Shown here piece after piece: positions 29,199 through 39,545 of a stretch of 52,166 nt of DNA. The stretch's first letter is position 1. Every line of letters begins with the position of its first letter. Source of the stretch: Candidatus Limnocylindrales bacterium. GTDB taxonomy: Bacteria > Moduliflexota > Moduliflexia > Moduliflexales > JAUQPW01. The notes under the pieces were generated by a model that was not told the origin of the DNA, did no database searches, and saw only the letters and a list, made by a program, of their open reading frames with translations. The stretch lies in contig DATMBG010000011.1 in assembly GCA_035559535.1 (NCBI GenBank), positions 1-52,166 of the forward strand, given 5' to 3'. Both the position numbers and the translations under genes were made by a program.

Positions 29199-29287
29199 TT
29201 ATGAATTCGTTAAGGCTTATTCAAGAAATAATAATCATGGATAGAGCAAGAAATCAAGTAGAATTCTATATATTTAGTCATCCCAGG

Positions 29288-30283
29288 TTAGGGTTGTGGG
29301 GATGACCCGGGTTGGATGAGGAGATTCAAGCGTCCTTTAATGATTTCTTCTGCCTGGGCAATCATGCGGTGGACGATCTCACCGGCCGGAAGTATGGCAT
29401 CGATGAGTCCGGCATCCTGTCCAAACAGGATAGGGGCATTTTCAACATCCCCGGCCAATCGGGCTTCCAGGGCTGCCCGACCCTCCTCCTGGTAACGCTG
29501 ACGTAACATCCATTCTCTTCCGGCCCAGCGTTCGATGAAGCGGTTACGCAGAGCACGGGCCATGGCTCCCGGCCAGATTTGTCCGGTGGCAATATCCGGG
29601 ATCTCAGTCAGTACGGTGTCATGACCGTCACTTCGGATGATAGCCTGCTTGAGATTAGGGTGAAGGGGTGATTCCTCGGTGGCCAGCATGCGGGTTCCCA
29701 GGAGAACTCCCTCTGCTCCCAGGGCCAGAGCGGCAACCAATCCACGTCCGTCGGCGATGCCCCCTGCCGCAAGTACAGGGCGCGGTGCAACCACCCTTAC
29801 CACCATGGGTATCAGGGCCATGGAGGCCATCCACCCCACGTGGCCACCCCCCTCGGTACCCTGGGCGATAATGACGTCGGCCCCCGCTTCAGCGGCCCGT
29901 ATGGCTTCGGGAACTTCGCTAACCATGTGAATAACCTTTAATCCGGCCTCGTGTACACGGTCAAAATAGGATCGCAGGTCTTGATTAGAACGTGCCCAGG
30001 CAGTGGAAATAACCGGAGCTCCGGCAGTCAGAGCAGCCTCAAAGCTTGCATCGTCGGTTCGGAATAAAAGGTAATTTACCCCAAAAGGCTTGTTGGTCGT
30101 AGCCCGAATGGCAGTAATCTGTTCATTTATCTGAGCAGCGCTCATTCCGGTAACTCCCAGAATACCCAGTCCACCTGCATTGGAGACAGCAGCAACCAGG
30201 GGTACAGAGGTTCCGGTACTCATTCCACCCAGAACAATGGGATGGGTAATTCCGAGAAGGTCGCAAATCGGTGTATGGATCAT
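29288..30283 (-). CDS. Nitronate monooxygenase/FabK-like flavoprotein
   Basis: AVSNAGGLG, QGTEGGGH, AAGGIADGRG, GTR. Confidence 0.92.
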   Translation of the reverse strand: MIHTPICDLLGITHPIVLGGMSTGTSVPLVAAVSNAGGLGILGVTGMSAAQINEQITAIRATTNKPFGVNYLLFRTDDASFEAALTAGAPVISTAWARSNQDLRSYFDRVHEAGLKVIHMVSEVPEAIRAAEAGADVIIAQGTEGGGHVGWMASMALIPMVVRVVAPRPVLAAGGIADGRGLVAALALGAEGVLLGTRMLATEESPLHPNLKQAIIRSDGHDTVLTEIPDIATGQIWPGAMARALRNRFIERWAGREWMLRQRYQEEGRAALEARLAGDVENAPILFGQDAGLIDAILPAGEIVHRMIAQAEEIIKGRLNLLIQPGSSPQP

Positions 30284-30307
30284 TTTTCCACTCCTTCATC
30301 CTTCTGG

Positions 30308-31846
30308 TTAAGACTTCGGTTTAATCCCTACCCCTACTGCTACCAGGAAAATGGTACTTTTTCCAGCAGCATGGGGCGAGAAGAACTCCACGACTGCGTC
30401 ATCATAAAAGGTCAAACCCGTTGCACCCAGGCGTTGGGCATACGCCGCCAGATAGAGTTTTCCTCCTAGAATGCCCGCTTCCAGTTGAACCGCCCGATAG
30501 CCCCGGTTCCCAAACCGTTCCAATATCCCATGGAGATCTGCAAGAAAAAAGACATCCACACTGGCATCTGCCGGTAATTCCTGCTCAAGCCCTAAATAGC
30601 CTGCCTGTTGCCTGAAGTCTCCTTCTTTAAGTAGTTCGAGGGCTTTTCTGTCCCGACGAAAGAAATACGCACCCGGAGGCAGGCCCTCCACGGCATGGAC
30701 TATGAGGTAGAGGTCGTTGAGTTGTGTACCGAAAGGCTCAAGAAAATCCGCAGATATTCCTCGTGTAGCCAGAGAGAGTAAAATAGAGAGTTGTACAAAG
30801 GAAATCGACTCCCAGGCAAACTGTCTCGAAGACCCCCGCCTCAGGATAACCTTGTGAATGGGATCCACAGGCAGTTCTTCCTCCCGATAGGGTGGGAGGG
30901 GAAAAAGCCTTCCTGTCGGTTCCGGAGTCGATATCTGGAAAGTTCCGCTTCGCCAGATGCGGACCTCTTCAGGGCTCGTAAGCATGGAGGCTTCATGCAT
31001 CTTTCTCATACTGGGATAATCCACTTCTCGCCTGGACAGGGGAACCGTTTCAAGATGGAGGGGTAAGATTTCTTCCTGGACCGCCGGGGGTGGTTCGGTA
31101 ACCCGACCCAGAGGTACCAGTGAGAGAGCCACTTCACGCCGGGTATCGAGATCCAATAGCCGATTCACTTCCTCGTCCACAAACCCCAACACAATCCGCG
31201 CAGGCACCTGGAGTGATGTAGAGATCGATAGAAGATTGGCCAGGATGGTTCCATTATCCCAAAAGAAATGCCGATAGGTTCGAGCCCTGTATTTCCAGGC
31301 ATTGCGCCAATAGGTTCCGGTACAGATAAGGATTGCCGGGGACTGAGAGATGACAGGCTCATCTCCACTGGCCTTTACCAATATTCCCCGATAGTCTCCC
31401 CGACGTAATCGCCTGAGGGCAAAATCCCGTACACCAAAATGATAAACCCCGGCTTCCAGATCGGGCAGGTTACCACAGACCAGGTAGAGTTCTATTTCGT
31501 AGAGCGCTCCTGTACAAGCAGCCGCACGAAAGTAAATCTCTCCGCCGGGATAAGTCCTTCGCCGGGTAATACCTGCAGAGAAATAAAGAATTCGTGCCAG
31601 GGTAGTAAGATCTGGGATACAATCTCCTTCCGGTCGGATGTTCACTCCGGAGATGGCCGCTCCTGCAGCCATCTCCGGTGGATCCATGGGATTTGGTAAA
31701 GAAATAGGTTCGAGGGTAGAGTAAATTTTAAACGGAAGAGGCTGATTCTCCCAATCTAAAAAATGGGGCTGGTTACGGACACTCCAATAGGAGTGTTTCG
31801 TTGCATTATGATAAGCCCAGGTGGCTTCTATATTACTGTTGACCAT
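30308..31846 (-). CDS. SagB/ThcOx-family (tandem nitroreductase-fold) dehydrogenase
   Basis: YHNATKH, RAAACTGALYEIELY, WKYRARTYR, second domain RRGSSR, RFGNRGYR. Confidence 0.9.
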   Translation of the reverse strand: MVNSNIEATWAYHNATKHSYWSVRNQPHFLDWENQPLPFKIYSTLEPISLPNPMDPPEMAAGAAISGVNIRPEGDCIPDLTTLARILYFSAGITRRRTYPGGEIYFRAAACTGALYEIELYLVCGNLPDLEAGVYHFGVRDFALRRLRRGDYRGILVKASGDEPVISQSPAILICTGTYWRNAWKYRARTYRHFFWDNGTILANLLSISTSLQVPARIVLGFVDEEVNRLLDLDTRREVALSLVPLGRVTEPPPAVQEEILPLHLETVPLSRREVDYPSMRKMHEASMLTSPEEVRIWRSGTFQISTPEPTGRLFPLPPYREEELPVDPIHKVILRRGSSRQFAWESISFVQLSILLSLATRGISADFLEPFGTQLNDLYLIVHAVEGLPPGAYFFRRDRKALELLKEGDFRQQAGYLGLEQELPADASVDVFFLADLHGILERFGNRGYRAVQLEAGILGGKLYLAAYAQRLGATGLTFYDDAVVEFFSPHAAGKSTIFLVAVGVGIKPKS

Positions 31847-32327
31847 GATGTCCTGACATATCGTTGTTCCAGGTATCTACCTGAATTTTCCAGGAACCAT
31901 CCGCCTGCCGTTTCCATATATCGAGAAATTTACCCGAATCGGTTACCGGGGGATGATCCTGAGGCTGGACGGTAAGGGTGTATTTCCCGATTCGGTAGGC
32001 CAGATCTCCACTTACCTGGATATCCACAACGGTTGTGTTTACATTCTTTATGCCCATTTGAATACTCGTATGCCAGAATTCCTGGATCGCCGACCTTCCT
32101 TTGATCATTTCACTATTCGGTGGCATAAGGATGGCATCATCGGCATAAAGGGCAGCCGCTGCAGAGGCATCCCCTTTGTTAATTGCTTCAACAAATTTGA
32201 TCCCACCTTCTTCGAGAATCTTACGAACCTGACTGATATCCTTTTCTTCGCTTTGTACCAATGAAGCGGAGAAGATTATCCACAAGAACATCCATCCAGG
32301 TAGAAAACCATAACGTGGGAATTTCAT
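31833..32327 (-). CDS. Exported NTF2/SnoaL-like (DUF4440/YybH) protein
   Basis: Signal peptide; LYADDAILMPP, GKFLDIWKRQADGSWKI; start at ATG 32327 with RBS. Confidence 0.88.
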   Translation of the reverse strand: MKFPRYGFLPGWMFLWIIFSASLVQSEEKDISQVRKILEEGGIKFVEAINKGDASAAAALYADDAILMPPNSEMIKGRSAIQEFWHTSIQMGIKNVNTTVVDIQVSGDLAYRIGKYTLTVQPQDHPPVTDSGKFLDIWKRQADGSWKIQVDTWNNDMSGHHGQQ

Positions 32328-32496
32328 AACACCTTCCTTTTGTAACGAAAGTATCTGGTTGAAGTTACCTACCTCAGCAGACACCTTCTCAGGCCTTACC
32401 CAAGATAGTCTCTTAACCGGATATACCCGGTAACTCTACAAAACTCCCCCCGGCAGTTAGTGTCAAGGTGAAACTTAACTGAAGCGCAGGTTGAGA

Positions 32497-33054
32497 TTAC
32501 TTCTTTCTCCCACGGGTAAGCCAGACCATCTCTGCAATTGTAACCTGGCTTTCATCCCGGTGGATTAATTCAATGACATCTCCGGCTCCAACTTCTCCTT
32601 CCTGTAAAACCGTGAGATAAAATCCCGTACGACCACTGGTCAGAAACCTCCGGATGATGTCGGCCCTCCCAAACTTGACCCCCAATTTGTAACAGGGCAT
32701 TCGGGGTTGCGTAACCATGACTTCAGCCGAGCCGATTCGAAATCGATCCCCTTTATGGACCTCATTTTCCCATAAACCTTTGGTGGTGAAGTTCTCACCG
32801 AACATACCCCAGGGCAGGTTCATGCCAGGGAATTGTTGCTGCCAAAACCCATAATGTTCAGAAGGGTATACGTAAACTGCTTTGTTCTCCCCCCCATGTA
32901 CCGACAGATCTGCCTGTCGGTCCCCGTCCAGATTATATTTTTGTAGTAAAATACGGCGATCCCGGACAGGTTCTTTGAAAATTCCCGTCATCACGATCTT
33001 GCCCTTCCAGGTTATAGGACGGGGACTTCCTATATTAACAGAAATGAGTTTCAT
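32497..33054 (-). CDS. MOSC domain protein (YiiM-like)
   Basis: GDRQADLSVHGG, FGENFT, QPRMPCYKL, TGFY; the extension to 33147 is translated repeat. Confidence 0.92.
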   Translation of the reverse strand: MKLISVNIGSPRPITWKGKIVMTGIFKEPVRDRRILLQKYNLDGDRQADLSVHGGENKAVYVYPSEHYGFWQQQFPGMNLPWGMFGENFTTKGLWENEVHKGDRFRIGSAEVMVTQPRMPCYKLGVKFGRADIIRRFLTSGRTGFYLTVLQEGEVGAGDVIELIHRDESQVTIAEMVWLTRGRKK

Positions 33055-33062
33055 GGATCCCA

Positions 33063-33145
33063 GGCCCTCACCCTCAGCCCCTCTCCGCCCCCACCCCTTC
33101 CCTCCCCGTGGACGGGGAGGGGGAGAGGGGCCGGGGGTGAGGGCC
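33063..33145. repeat. Long C/G-rich palindromic REP-like element
   Basis: ggccctcaccctcagcccctctcc ... ggagaggggccgggggtgagggcc arms with inner cctcccc-gtggac-ggggagg hairpin. Confidence 0.8.
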
Positions 33146-33180
33146 ACTTAAACGTTAAGTAAAACTAAGTGGACCCTGGA

Positions 33181-33909
33181 CTAAGGAGGATTTGTTTTAC
33201 TTCTAAGAACCTTAACCAGGGCCGTGTACCACCTGGTGGCCATTTTCTCCTCTCCCGATTCATTGGGATGGAGGCCATCAAAGGTATCCTCCCGGGCATC
33301 GAAACCCTCGGCTTGATTAACCAGAAGAACAGGGGATTCCCTAGTATTTTTTGCCATGGCCAGCCGGGATATCTCTGCATTCAACTTTTGAATGGCAGGA
33401 CTGGGTGGATAGGTTGGAATGATTTGGGCCAAAAGCACGATTATGTGAGCATTCTGACGACGTAAGATATCTATAATTTCGCCCAATTCTTGAACGGTAC
33501 TGGAGATACTGTGCCCCCGGCCCAGATCGTTATGTCCCAGGTGAATCAGCACGATATCCGGTTGATAAGTGGTTGCCCATCCATCGATTTTTTCCAGGAT
33601 TTGATCCACCCGCCAGCCCCAATGGCCCTCGTGATCCAGATCAAAATCAGGATTCGGAGGCGGGCCTCCGAAGTTTTCCTTCTGGCTTCCGACAAAGTCT
33701 ATATTATATCCGTCGGCTTTGAGCTTTTGCCATAAGTTCCTGCGGTAGCTGTTATGTTGAGAATCCGATTGGGTGATGGAATCACCCAACGGCATTATTT
33801 TAACAGGCTTCGCCCTGTATAAGCGGACAGGGTCTACAGGGATTAAGATCAGGGCTATCAGAAAAGTCAGAGTGGTTAAAATTTTTACAAAGGGATCCTT
33901 AAAACTCAT
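33181..33909 (-). CDS. SGNH/GDSL hydrolase family protein
   Basis: MPLGDSIT, HEGHWG, LGHND, DGLHPN; N-terminal anchor. Confidence 0.93.
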   Translation of the reverse strand: MSFKDPFVKILTTLTFLIALILIPVDPVRLYRAKPVKIMPLGDSITQSDSQHNSYRRNLWQKLKADGYNIDFVGSQKENFGGPPPNPDFDLDHEGHWGWRVDQILEKIDGWATTYQPDIVLIHLGHNDLGRGHSISSTVQELGEIIDILRRQNAHIIVLLAQIIPTYPPSPAIQKLNAEISRLAMAKNTRESPVLLVNQAEGFDAREDTFDGLHPNESGEEKMATRWYTALVKVLRSKTNPP

Positions 33910-33937
33910 ATAAAATCAACAGAGGTCCTTGACTACC

Positions 33938-35290
33938 TTAATATCTTATCATCATCTGACCTCGTCGACCATCCTCGATAATACGACCTTCTGCGAACAC
34001 CGTCCGACCCCGCAGGATAGTTCGAACAACAGTTCCGCGTAAGGTACGTCCCAGGTATGGACTCTGTTTGTGGCGATATAAAATATCCTCTGCCCGGGGG
34101 GTGATTGTTTTATGAAGATCTACTAATGCAATATCGGCATCGGCACCGACGGTGATGGATCCCTTTGCGGGAGCCAGGTTAAACCGTTGGGCCGGTCTGG
34201 TACTATAGAGTTCCACGATTCGATTAAGGGGGATACCTCGTTGGTGATAGCCGTATTCCAGCATAGCCGGGAGACCAAATTGACAGCCCGGGATACCTCC
34301 CCAGGCGTCCAGAAGCTTTCTGGCTTTAAGCTCCGGTGGGCTGGGAGAGTGATCCGATACAATGATATCCAGGGTTCTATCCTCAATAGCCCTCCATAAG
34401 GCCTCTCGATGAACTCCACCCCGAATAGGGGGTGCACATTTAGCTACAGGGCCTAGGACATCAACGTCTTCCAGTTCAAAGATCAGATAATGGGGACAGG
34501 TCTCGGCGGATACATTTATTCCTTTTGTTTTGGCTTCTCGTATTGCCAGGATTCCTTCCCGTGATGAAACATGCAAGATATGCAGTGGGGCATCTCGATG
34601 GGAAGCCAGAAGCAGAGCCCTTTGGATACCCTCAACTTCGGTGATAGGCGGACGGGTAGCCTCGTAAGCAGCCGCCGAGTGATCTCCTTTGAGTTTTGCC
34701 CGTGCGGTGAGTGTTGTAACAATATCGTGGTTTTCAGCATGGACGCTCACTATAGCCCCCAAATCCGCTGCCACTTTCATTCCATCGTACAGAGCGGCAT
34801 CATCACACCAGGGATAGTCTTCAATTCCTGAGAAGCACATGAAAGCCTTGAAAGCCAGGGCTCCTCGTTGCCATTGTTCGATCATTCCCCGGGCATTACC
34901 GGGGATCATGCCGCCACAAAGACCAAAATCTATAATGGATTCCCGCTCTGCGCAGGCTTTTTTAGCTTCAAAGGTAGCTCCATCTGTAACCGGTGGGGTG
35001 GAGTTGAGCGGCATATCGATAAAACCTGTAACCCCGTTGGCTGCCAACGCCCGGCTCCCTGTAGCCAATCCTTCCCATTCGGTCCGACCCGGCTCATTGA
35101 AATGAACGTGGGCATCGATTAAACCTGGAAATACATAAAGACCCGTTGCATCGATTTCTTCTCTTGTACTTCCCGATAAATTCTCTCCAAGGGCACTGAT
35201 CTTACCCTCTTTGATGCCTATATCGGCAATCCGGGTACTAGCTGCGTTGATCAGGGTCCCACCTCGTACGATTAAATCGAATTCCGGCAT
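33938..35290 (-). CDS. allB: Allantoinase
   Basis: DAHVHFNEPGRTEWEG, DMPLNSTP, FKAFM, ETCPHYL, KCAPP, SDHSP, WGGI. Confidence 0.9.
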   Translation of the reverse strand: MPEFDLIVRGGTLINAASTRIADIGIKEGKISALGENLSGSTREEIDATGLYVFPGLIDAHVHFNEPGRTEWEGLATGSRALAANGVTGFIDMPLNSTPPVTDGATFEAKKACAERESIIDFGLCGGMIPGNARGMIEQWQRGALAFKAFMCFSGIEDYPWCDDAALYDGMKVAADLGAIVSVHAENHDIVTTLTARAKLKGDHSAAAYEATRPPITEVEGIQRALLLASHRDAPLHILHVSSREGILAIREAKTKGINVSAETCPHYLIFELEDVDVLGPVAKCAPPIRGGVHREALWRAIEDRTLDIIVSDHSPSPPELKARKLLDAWGGIPGCQFGLPAMLEYGYHQRGIPLNRIVELYSTRPAQRFNLAPAKGSITVGADADIALVDLHKTITPRAEDILYRHKQSPYLGRTLRGTVVRTILRGRTVFAEGRIIEDGRRGQMMIRY

Positions 35291-35352
35291 GGTCTTTTAT
35301 CCTTTATCCCTTGTTTGCTTCGAGGAAGAATAAACAAAGGACAAACTTGATT

Positions 35353-36096
35353 TTACTTCTTGCTGGACGGGGCAAAAGGACGTAGCATCCCCGTATAGGT
35401 TTTGACCAGGGGGTACGCCAGGTCACCGACCTTGCTGGTACCCAAACCTAACCCTACCAGGGCCTCCACAAATTTGACTGCAGCCGCAACGCCGTCGATC
35501 ACAGGGGCCCCGATTTCCCGGGAGATTTGGGAAGTCAGATCGGCCATTCCTGCACAACCCAAAACGATAGCTCCGGATTTGTCTTCAAGGAGGGCCCGAC
35601 GGCACTCTTCGGTAATGATCCGTCGTGCGTTGGAACCTTCTTCTTCCAGCTCCAGCACCGCCAGGTCTGTAGCCCGGATATTTCTGCAAAATCGGGTCAT
35701 ACCGTAATTCTCGACCAGTTGTCGGGCAATGACACAGGTACGGGCCAGGGTAGTTACAATGGAGAAACCCGTTGCAATGAAGCTGGCTGCATGCATGGCT
35801 GCTTCGGCAATACCGATCACAGGTCCCCGTGCAATTTCGCGGGCAGCCAGCAGGCCAGGATCGCCGAAACAGGCGATAACATAGCCATCCACACCTTCTT
35901 CTTCGCCTTTACGAACCTCTTCCAACATCCCGAGGACACTGATAGCCTCGTCGTAATGTCCTTCAATGGAGACAGGTCCCATGGTGGGATTACAGGCCAG
36001 AATTTCGGTTCCCGGAGCAGCAACGGCACGGGCCGCCTCGCCGATTTTCTTGGTCATACTTTCGGTTGTATTGGGATTAATTACCTTGATTTTCAT
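35353..36096 (-). CDS. Allantoin/hydantoin racemase (HpxA-like, Asp/Glu racemase family)
   Basis: INPNTT, SIEGHYDE, IACFGDPG, LGCAGM. Confidence 0.92.
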   Translation of the reverse strand: MKIKVINPNTTESMTKKIGEAARAVAAPGTEILACNPTMGPVSIEGHYDEAISVLGMLEEVRKGEEEGVDGYVIACFGDPGLLAAREIARGPVIGIAEAAMHAASFIATGFSIVTTLARTCVIARQLVENYGMTRFCRNIRATDLAVLELEEEGSNARRIITEECRRALLEDKSGAIVLGCAGMADLTSQISREIGAPVIDGVAAAVKFVEALVGLGLGTSKVGDLAYPLVKTYTGMLRPFAPSSKK

Positions 36097-36226
36097 GGTT
36101 ATCCTTCCTGCTTATATCTTTTCCTTGCCGGTAATGGCAGGAGCGAGGTAATCTGTTTGATCAGGAGTAGAAGTGAAGCGATGGTTTCATCGCGCCACTT
36201 CTGGTAATGATAGATCCCTTCCCGTT

Positions 36227-37456
36227 CTATTCCTTCTTCTGCCATCCCTTCCAACCACTTTCCTCCAGACTCATGGAGACTTCCTCGGCTGGAATGATCA
36301 TAAGGGGCTTGGGATAAGGGAAATCATAATAGGGGGTCTTTTCTACCACTTCCCCTATGACGACCGGGGTTTGTATCTGATGATCCTCTTTTCTCATGGT
36401 TAAAGTTCCAATGGGACCTTCCATGGACATCCCCTCAAAAGCCTCGATAATTTTTTCGGTATCCAGAGAACCTGCTTTTTTGATGGCCTGTAAGAACATC
36501 TTGGTTCCAAGATAGGCTTCCATGGCTACAAAAACCGGCCATTTTCCTCCACTGAGTTTGTTAAAATTCTCTTCAAAGGCTTTAGCACTGGGGGTATCTA
36601 TGCCTGCCAGGTACATGTTGGCCGTGATAGAACCAAGGGCATTCTCCCGAACAATATTCATAACCCCATCATCATCAAAGAAGGTTCCTCCTACCAATAT
36701 TTTCATTCCAAATTGCCTTCCCTGGATCATCAACTGGGCCAGGTCTGTTCCCCAGTTTCCACTGATAACGTACTCAGCTCCTGAGGCATTAATTTTGCTG
36801 ATATAAGGACCGAAATCCTTATTAAATATGGGATGGAATTCCTTACCCACAATCTGGGTGTCGGGCGCAAAGGCTTTGATGAATTTCTCATAATAGTCGG
36901 CTACATCGTGTCCCCAGGAGTAATCCTGGTTGATGAGGAAGACCTTTTTATAGCCCTTACTGGCAAAATACCTGGCCAGACCCTTTACGTGCATGGCGGC
37001 ATTGAGACAGGTCCGAAATACATAGGGATTAAAGTTCTCCCCGGTGATACTGACGGCTTCCGCAGCCAAATCCAGATAAATCTTTTTGTACCGGGGCATG
37101 GTTTGTGCGATACCGCCTCCTACACTACTGGACGATCCCTGGAGAATGGCAATGGCCTGATCCTCAAGAATGAGTTTTTTCACCTTCTGGACCGCGATAT
37201 CGTTTTTCATCTGATTGTCCTCCACGACAATTTCAACCTTTCTCCCCAGAAGTCCTCCGGCGTCGTTGACTTCCTTCACAGCCGCTTCAATACCCCAGAT
37301 AATGCGATCTCCATTGGATTTAAAAGCTCCCGAGCGAATCTCATTGACTCCTAGTATAATCGGAGGTTCTTCAGCCTGAAGATTTATAAACCAGATCAAA
37401 ATAACCCCTACAGCCAAAGTGAGAGACAATATAAAGATGAGCAGATTTTTTTTCAT
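36227..37456 (-). CDS. Branched-chain amino acid-type ABC substrate-binding protein
   Basis: VNDAGGLLGRKVE, DYSWG, DFGPYISKI, MRKEDHQ. Confidence 0.9.
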   Translation of the reverse strand: MKKNLLIFILSLTLAVGVILIWFINLQAEEPPIILGVNEIRSGAFKSNGDRIIWGIEAAVKEVNDAGGLLGRKVEIVVEDNQMKNDIAVQKVKKLILEDQAIAILQGSSSSVGGGIAQTMPRYKKIYLDLAAEAVSITGENFNPYVFRTCLNAAMHVKGLARYFASKGYKKVFLINQDYSWGHDVADYYEKFIKAFAPDTQIVGKEFHPIFNKDFGPYISKINASGAEYVISGNWGTDLAQLMIQGRQFGMKILVGGTFFDDDGVMNIVRENALGSITANMYLAGIDTPSAKAFEENFNKLSGGKWPVFVAMEAYLGTKMFLQAIKKAGSLDTEKIIEAFEGMSMEGPIGTLTMRKEDHQIQTPVVIGEVVEKTPYYDFPYPKPLMIIPAEEVSMSLEESGWKGWQKKE

Positions 37457-37655
37457 GGTTATTTAATCCCCTGATCCTTTGCAATCTACGGAATCCTTGA
37501 ATCTGCAGATTACAGTGGATAGCAGGTTAAAATTTTTACTGGATGGTGACAGGTCCCTATCAAACTGAAACTTAATATATTTAAACCTCCTTCAACCCCG
37601 GTCAAAATTCTTTTCTTGAAAGACCTTTAAAAGCTCTCAGACCATGGATGGGTTT

Positions 37656-38375
37656 TCATTGGGATACTTCCAGATATTTCTTTCGCACCTCCTCTTGTTG
37701 ACGTAGATCCTCCGGAGTTCCTTCCCATTGGATCGTTCCTTTACTCATGACATAAATTCGACTGGCTAAAGCTAAGGCAATAGCCAGTTTTTGCTCTACC
37801 AGAAGGATGGTAGTTCCCGTCTGGTTGATTTCTTGAATGATGTTACGTACGGCTTCTACAATTTTAGGGGCAAGTCCTTCTGTAGGTTCATCGATGAGAA
37901 TTAATTCAGGGTTTCCCATCAGGGTTCGCGCAATGGTCAGCATCTGTTTTTCACCGCCGGAGAGAACCCCTCCTTTGAGATTTTTCCTTTCTCGAAGGGC
38001 CGGAAAATACTCATAGCATTTATCTAAATTCCAGCCTTTTTCAGATTTTTCCCTGGCCGCCGGGCCGGTTTTGATTCCAATCAGGAGATTTTGATGGACG
38101 GTTAATTTCGGGAAAATCCAGCGTTCTTCAGGTACAAAACCAATCCCGGCCCGGGCTATTTGAAAAGGTTTTAGACCGGCTATCTCTTTTCCTTTGAAGA
38201 GGATAGAACCGCTACGGGGTGGGGTCAAACCCATGATGGTTTTCAGGGTGGTTGTCTTTCCAACCCCATTTCGACCCAGTAACGCCACAATCTCTCCACC
38301 GTAGACTTTAAGCGAAACATCGTGCAAGATATGACTTTTATCGTAGTAGGTATTAACCGATTTTAATTCCAGCAT
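37656..38375 (-). CDS. livF: HAAT ABC transporter ATP-binding protein (LivF type)
   Basis: GRNGVGKT, VPEER, LSGGEKQML, DEPTEGLAP, LVEQ. Confidence 0.9.
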   Translation of the reverse strand: MLELKSVNTYYDKSHILHDVSLKVYGGEIVALLGRNGVGKTTTLKTIMGLTPPRSGSILFKGKEIAGLKPFQIARAGIGFVPEERWIFPKLTVHQNLLIGIKTGPAAREKSEKGWNLDKCYEYFPALRERKNLKGGVLSGGEKQMLTIARTLMGNPELILIDEPTEGLAPKIVEAVRNIIQEINQTGTTILLVEQKLAIALALASRIYVMSKGTIQWEGTPEDLRQQEEVRKKYLEVSQ

Positions 38376-38435
38376 AGACGAAGTACCGGCTTTCCTCTCT
38401 CCCCATTGACGGCTTTCCGGAGCAGGTTTTTTGGA

Positions 38436-38530
38436 CCTGACCCCTCTAACTTCCCTTCTCTGGGAGAGTTAGGATCCAGACCATCCTCAAGGCCCCCTTC
38501 CCGAGTCGGAAAGGGGATTAAGGGGCCTAG
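38436..38530. repeat. C/G-rich REP-like palindromic segment inside the transporter operon
   Basis: ctaacttccc..gggagagttag and cccccttccc..ggaaagggg hairpins. Confidence 0.55.
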
Positions 38531-38711
38531 GCACTAGGATAAGAAGGTTAGCCCCGGCGGGGCGACCTGTTTAACCAGCCGCTTCTCCGGAGCTTGAAAA
38601 AAATTTCTGAATAACTGAATCCCCTAAAACCCTCCTGTCAACGGGGGAAATGGAAGAGGGGAAGGAGGGGCAGTTGGGTTGTTTTTAAACTCCGGAAGTT
38701 TGGCAGGTTCC

Positions 38712-39467
38712 TCAATTTACATGTTCTCCCAAATAGGCATCTTTGACCGACGGATTCCCCCTTATTTCTCCGGGTTTTCCGGTTGCCAGGACTTTTCCAT
38801 AATGGATCACGGTAATTACATCCGCCAGAGTAAAGACGACTTCCATATCATGTTCAATAATCATCAGGGTTTTTCCTCGGGTTAATTGATCAATAAGCTT
38901 AACCACTTCCCGGGTTTCGGCGATGGACATACCGGCCGTAGGTTCATCCAGCATAATCAGTGCGGGATCTGTGGCCAGGGTAATCCCGATTTCCAGGGCC
39001 CGCTGTTCTCCATATGCAAGTTCTCCGGCCGGTTGATCCTTTTTGTCCAGGAGATTTATTTTTTGGAGGATAAAGTAGGTTTCTTCGGTGATATTTTTCA
39101 TCCGGTCTACCCGGGAAATAAGATTAAACCGAATATGATTTTTTGAAAGAACTGCCGCCCGCACATTTTCAAAAACGGTCAATCCAGGAAAAATATTGGT
39201 AATTTGAAAGGACCGGGAGATTCCCATCCGGTTAATCTTATGGGGAGGCCATCCCGTGATCTCCTGGCCATTGAAGTAGATATGCCCTCTGGAAGGTTTA
39301 TACCGCCCCGTTAAAAGGTTAAAAAAGGTCGTCTTTCCGGCTCCATTAGGACCGATGATGGCATGTCGTTCACCCTTTTTTACAGATAAATCGATTCCTT
39401 CAATAACTTTGATTCCACTAAAATCTTTATAAAGTCCCCTTATTTCCAATAAGACCTCGTTTTCCAT
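38712..39467 (-). CDS. livG: HAAT ABC transporter ATP-binding protein (LivG type)
   Basis: GPNGAGKT, RSFQ, LAYGEQR, DEPTAG, IEHDM, AYLG. Confidence 0.9.
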   Translation of the reverse strand: MENEVLLEIRGLYKDFSGIKVIEGIDLSVKKGERHAIIGPNGAGKTTFFNLLTGRYKPSRGHIYFNGQEITGWPPHKINRMGISRSFQITNIFPGLTVFENVRAAVLSKNHIRFNLISRVDRMKNITEETYFILQKINLLDKKDQPAGELAYGEQRALEIGITLATDPALIMLDEPTAGMSIAETREVVKLIDQLTRGKTLMIIEHDMEVVFTLADVITVIHYGKVLATGKPGEIRGNPSVKDAYLGEHVN

Positions 39468-39545
39468 TCAATGTGTTCCTCAACTTATAGAATCCCTTAT
39501 TTTCAGTTATGGAGCAATCCCAAGAGTTTTGGGATATCTCTGCTT

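Noticed and set aside
30308-31846. Thiazole/oxazole RiPP cluster
   Set aside because: No YcaO, E1-like protein, precursor or exporter nearby
35527-36207. 226-aa plus-strand ORF (likewise 44071-44694, 11420-11956, 36833-37354 and other antisense ORFs)
   Set aside because: Antisense shadows of well-supported genes, no motifs
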